64,000 nt of DNA, taken from contig OZ024752.1 of assembly GCA_964016885.1 (NCBI GenBank), positions 49,228,001-49,292,000 of the forward strand. The letters run 5' to 3'. Numbering within the stretch: position 1 is the first letter of the stretch; every line of letters starts with the position of its first letter. The notes beneath the pieces were generated by a model, which was not told the origin of the DNA, did no database searches, and was given only the letters and a program-made list of their open reading frames with translations. The stretch is from Eledone cirrhosa. Taxonomy: Eukaryota. Positions 59,489-64,000 of this stretch are shown here, piece by piece. A program made the translations under genes and the position numbers.

Positions 59489-59757
59489 TCTCTCTCTCTC
59501 GCTCTCTTACTAATATTACCTTCCACAGTTTTCTTTCTCATTCACCATCTCTTCTCTTCTCCTCCGCCTCGCTCTCTCTTTTTTTACCATCGTCTTCCGC
59601 CTCTTTTTTTCTCGCACCGACCCCCTCTCTCTTACACAACTTCAATCTCCTCTCTTCCTCCTACTATTACTACAATACTATTACTACTACTACTATTACT
59701 ACAACCTGTTTTTTCCGTAGCCACGGTCTCCACCTCTTTCGTTTAAATATATGTATA

Positions 59758-59878
<121 letters not shown>

Positions 59879-59909
59879 GTATGTATACATATATATATAT
59901 ATGTATGTA

Positions 59910-59976
59910 TAGCCAACGATGTATGTTCACCCCTCCTTCCAGTATATATATATATATGTATATATATTTGTGTATA

Positions 59977-60017
<41 letters not shown>

Positions 60018-60138
60018 GTGTATATGTATATATATATATGTATATATATATGTGTATGTGTGTGTGTGTATATAGCCAACCATGTATGTTTACCCCTCCT
60101 TCAAACATATATATATATAGTGTATGTATGTATATATA

Positions 60139-60172
<34 letters not shown>

Positions 60173-60490
60173 CCAACCAAGTATGTTCACCCCTCCTTCA
60201 AACATATATATATATAGTGTATGTATGTATATATAGTATATATATAGTGTATATATATATATATATCCAACCATGTATGTTCACCCCTCCTTCAAACATA
60301 CATATATATATATATAAAATATTAAACAAATAATGAACAAACAATTCCTTATATTAAACAAAAAAAGTTCACTATTTAACGATCGTTTCTAGGGCATATA
60401 TGTGTTATAATTGGTATGCATATTTAACAGATCTATGTACAAAATTATACAAAATTATACAAATTATCAAGATTAAATATACATACCTAA

Positions 60491-60530
<40 letters not shown>

Positions 60531-60575
60531 GTGTATATATATATCCAACCATGTATGTTCACCCCTCCTTCAAAT
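59910..60575. repeat. ~33-bp unit, 5 copies separated by variable TA tracts
   Basis: ccaaccatgtatgttcacccctccttcaaa near 59913, 60076, 60173, 60267 and 60545. Confidence 0.85.
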
Positions 60576-60694
60576 ATATATTATATCTTCGTCACAACGT
60601 AAATTACACCCACAAAGACAATTCAACTTAACTCAATCGAATCATCTTTCTCTATCTTCCCCCTCCTCCCTCTCCTTCAACACTATCTACTCTA

Positions 60695-61270
60695 TATTTC
60701 TTAGTAGATCTTCTACCCCCCACCCTCTCTCTCTCTGTCTCTCTCTCTCTCGCTGTCTCTCACTCTCTCGCTTTTTACATATCTCCTTCTGTCTTATATT
60801 TCTTAGTAGATCTACTGCCCCCCTCTCTCTCTCTCTCTTGCTGTCTCTCTCTCTCTTTCTTGCTCTCTCTCTCTGTCGCTCTGTCTCTCTTTCTCCCCCC
60901 CCGTTTTTACATATCTCCTTCTGTCTTATATTTCTTAGTAGATCTACTGCCCCCTCTCTCTCTCTGTCGCTCTGTCCCTCTCTCTCTTTCTTGCTCTCTC
61001 TGTTGCTCTGTCTCTCTTTCTCCCCCCCCCCCCTTTTTACATATCTCCTTCTGTCTTATATTTCTTAGTAGATCTACTGCCCCCCCTCTCTCTCTGTCGC
61101 TCTGTCTCTCTTTCTCCTCCCTCCCCTTTTTACATATCTCCTACTGTCTTATATTTCTTAGTAGATCTACTACCCCCCCTCTCTCTTGCTCTGTCTCTCT
61201 CGCTCTTTCTCCCCCCCCCCACCTTTTTACATATCATCCCTCTGTCTTATATTTCTTAGTAGATCGACTC
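60695..61270. repeat. ~50-bp unit, 5-6 copies separated by variable CT tracts
   Basis: ttttacatatctccttctgtcttatatttcttagtagatctac. Confidence 0.85.
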
Positions 61271-62229
61271 CGCACATTCTCTCTCTCTCTCTCTCCCTCT
61301 CTCTGTCTCTCCCTCTCTCTGTCTCTCTGTCTCTATTCCTTTTCCCTTCGTTTCCATCTATGTATTTCTTAATATATCTACCTCACTCTCTCTCTCTCTT
61401 TTCCCTCTCCTCTCCCTTTCTACATCTCCCTCTACCATATATATGTTAGTAGATCTATCCCTCTCTCCTCTCTCTCTCCTTTCTCTCTCCATTCTCCTCT
61501 CACCGTTTCTTCGTCTCCGTCTACCATATCTTACTATATCTATCTCCCGCTCTCCCTCTTTCTCTCTTCTATGCTTTCTCCCTTTCTATTTATCGCCATC
61601 TACAATATATATATATCACCTTCTCTATCACCCCCTTCCTTCTGTCACCCCTTCCTTCCCTCCCTCCATGTATATCTTATCACTATATCTACTACCCTCC
61701 CACTCTCTCCCTCTCTCTCTCTCTGTCTGTCTCTGTATCCTCTCCCTTCACCTCTATCTAGATCTCACTACCATATAGATCTCACTATATTTATCTTTGT
61801 CCCACTCTCTGTCTCTCCCTCTCTCTCTCTCTCCTCCACCTCCATCATCTAAATCATATAAATACCTCACTATATCTACCTCCCACTATCACTCCAACCA
61901 ACCACCACCACCACCACCATTATCGATCATATATATCTCACTATATCTACCTCCCACTGTCACTCCCCTATACCACCACCACCACCACCACCACCACCAT
62001 CTATCATAGATAGACCTCACTATATATCTACCTCCCACTGTCACTCCCCTATGCCACCACCTTCACCACCAGCTCCACCACCACCTCCAACACCACCACC
62101 ACCTATCATAGATAGACCTCACTGTATATCTACCTCCCACTATCACTCCCTCCAACCACCACCACCACCATCTTCTTCGATAATATATATATTTCCCTCC
62201 CTACATACAACACACACATATACATACAC

Positions 62230-62260
<31 letters not shown>

Positions 62261-62517
62261 TATACATACATACACACATATATTCACATCCGTTCCGCCA
62301 CCCACCTTTTCTTCGTTCTCCTTTTTAGAGAACATTTATTTATTTATTATCCACTCATATATTTCTCTTTCTCTCTTTACATCAACCGATTGACTACAAC
62401 ATATTTGATGGATACCTAAGCAACTATTAGGGAAATTCTTTCTCTTCACTCCATATATATATATAACACAATATCATATATATATATTATATCAATATAT
62501 ATATATATATATAATAT

Positions 62518-62549
<32 letters not shown>

Positions 62550-62753
62550 ACAGACATGTCACCATCGCTAATATCGTCACCAATTTACAGACTGGACTGT
62601 CATTATTTCTTTCACTAACTGTACTAAAATTGGCTCTACTGGCCACTAAAGAAATCAGTATTACTATTACTAATATCATTATTATTTACAAGATATTTTA
62701 AATTTTATTTTATATTATTTGTTTAATTATATATATATATATATATATATCGA

Positions 62754-62788
<35 letters not shown>

Positions 62789-62871
62789 CTATCTATATAT
62801 ACGCACCGTCATCTAATTTGGGCTGTACCTACACCGATATATATACGACAGGTTTTGCGCCGCTGGTGTGC

Positions 62872-62909
<38 letters not shown>

Positions 62910-63077
62910 ATATACACGTATATGTATATATATGCATATGCATATATATTATATCACTCGTACTATGCACGTTGACATAAGCAGATAAAGGTATTATGTT
63001 CATTTTTATATATTTTTTTATATTTATATCTACATAACTGTATGACTATATATTTATATATATACATGTATATATAT

Positions 63078-63115
<38 letters not shown>

Positions 63116-63192
63116 TAATATCGTTATGCTTGTTTGTTTGTTTGTATTTAATATGTAACATGTAGCACTAACTAGCATATATGCAAAGATTC

Positions 63193-63237
<45 letters not shown>

Positions 63238-63296
63238 TATATGTGTATGTATATATATATATATACAAACACACACATATATATATATATATGTAT

Positions 63297-63382
63297 TTCC
63301 TATTACCCACTCTACTACCCTAAGTATTGAGTACTCTGGTTCGTTATGGTCCATCTGGTTCCTTACCACATTTCCTTCGTTA
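63297..63382 (+). mobile_element. Family B tail-only insertion
   Basis: Begins at ttccta, the family B breakpoint, and ends ccttcgtta-(TA). Confidence 0.7.
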
Positions 63383-63609
63383 TACCTATATTTATATATA
63401 TATATATATACATACATACATATATATATACATATATATACCTATATTTATATATATATATACATATATATATATATACATACACACACACATACGGTCT
63501 TCAGAATTAATCGCAATTGTATTATTTGTCTGTTAATAAGGAAATGCAAGTGTTTTGGAAACGGGGAGAAGAAAAAAATTATTTCCCATATATATATACA
63601 TATATATAC

Positions 63610-63642
<33 letters not shown>

Positions 63643-63655
63643 CATATATATATAT

Positions 63656-63804
63656 TTCGTTTCTGAATTTGTTTAGCAAGATTCTTTATCTGAAATCGTG
63701 TGTTGAAACCGATATTGTTATACTTTGGGAGGGTCATGTTGCCAATAAGAGTCATGTTGCCAATAAGGTCTTATTGGCAACATGACCCTCCCAAAGTATA
63801 ACAA
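63656..63804 (-). mobile_element. TA-embedded hairpin-plus-tail element, family H
   Basis: Arms 63715-63750 and 63769-63804; the spacer duplicates the arm end; ~60-nt tail on the left. Confidence 0.55.
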
Positions 63805-63805
63805 C

Positions 63806-63861
<56 letters not shown>

Positions 63862-63872
63862 GTATATATATA

Positions 63873-63933
<61 letters not shown>

Positions 63934-64000
63934 GTATATATATGTATATATATATATGTATATATATGTATATATATGTATATATATATATGTATATATA

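Overview
Very AT-rich, microsatellite-saturated eukaryotic DNA with one 200-N scaffold gap. The tRNA-derived SINEs and TTAA MITEs resemble those I recall from octopod cephalopods; that taxon assignment is an inference. Nearly all ORFs in the supplied track are artefacts of simple repeats. One real gene piece is recognisable: coding exon 1 of fuzzy (FUZ, a CPLANE/PCP effector) on the minus strand at 2922-3002, with its promoter. The rest is SINEs, LINE 3' ends, Tc1/mariner, pogo, hAT and piggyBac-like MITEs, and tandem arrays (72, 49, 15, 144, 107, ~40 and 184 bp units), several of which arose inside transposons. The most notable signal is at least 8 families of short non-coding elements inserted in or beside (TA)n tracts. 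Many carry hammerhead ribozymes with compensatory base changes. In families with several copies, an inverted arm starts at a family-fixed breakpoint 60-90 nt from the 3' end, and a shared CTC...GAG hairpin opens the tail. They are most consistent with Penelope-like (Naiad-type) retroelement ends inserted by two opposite-strand priming events.
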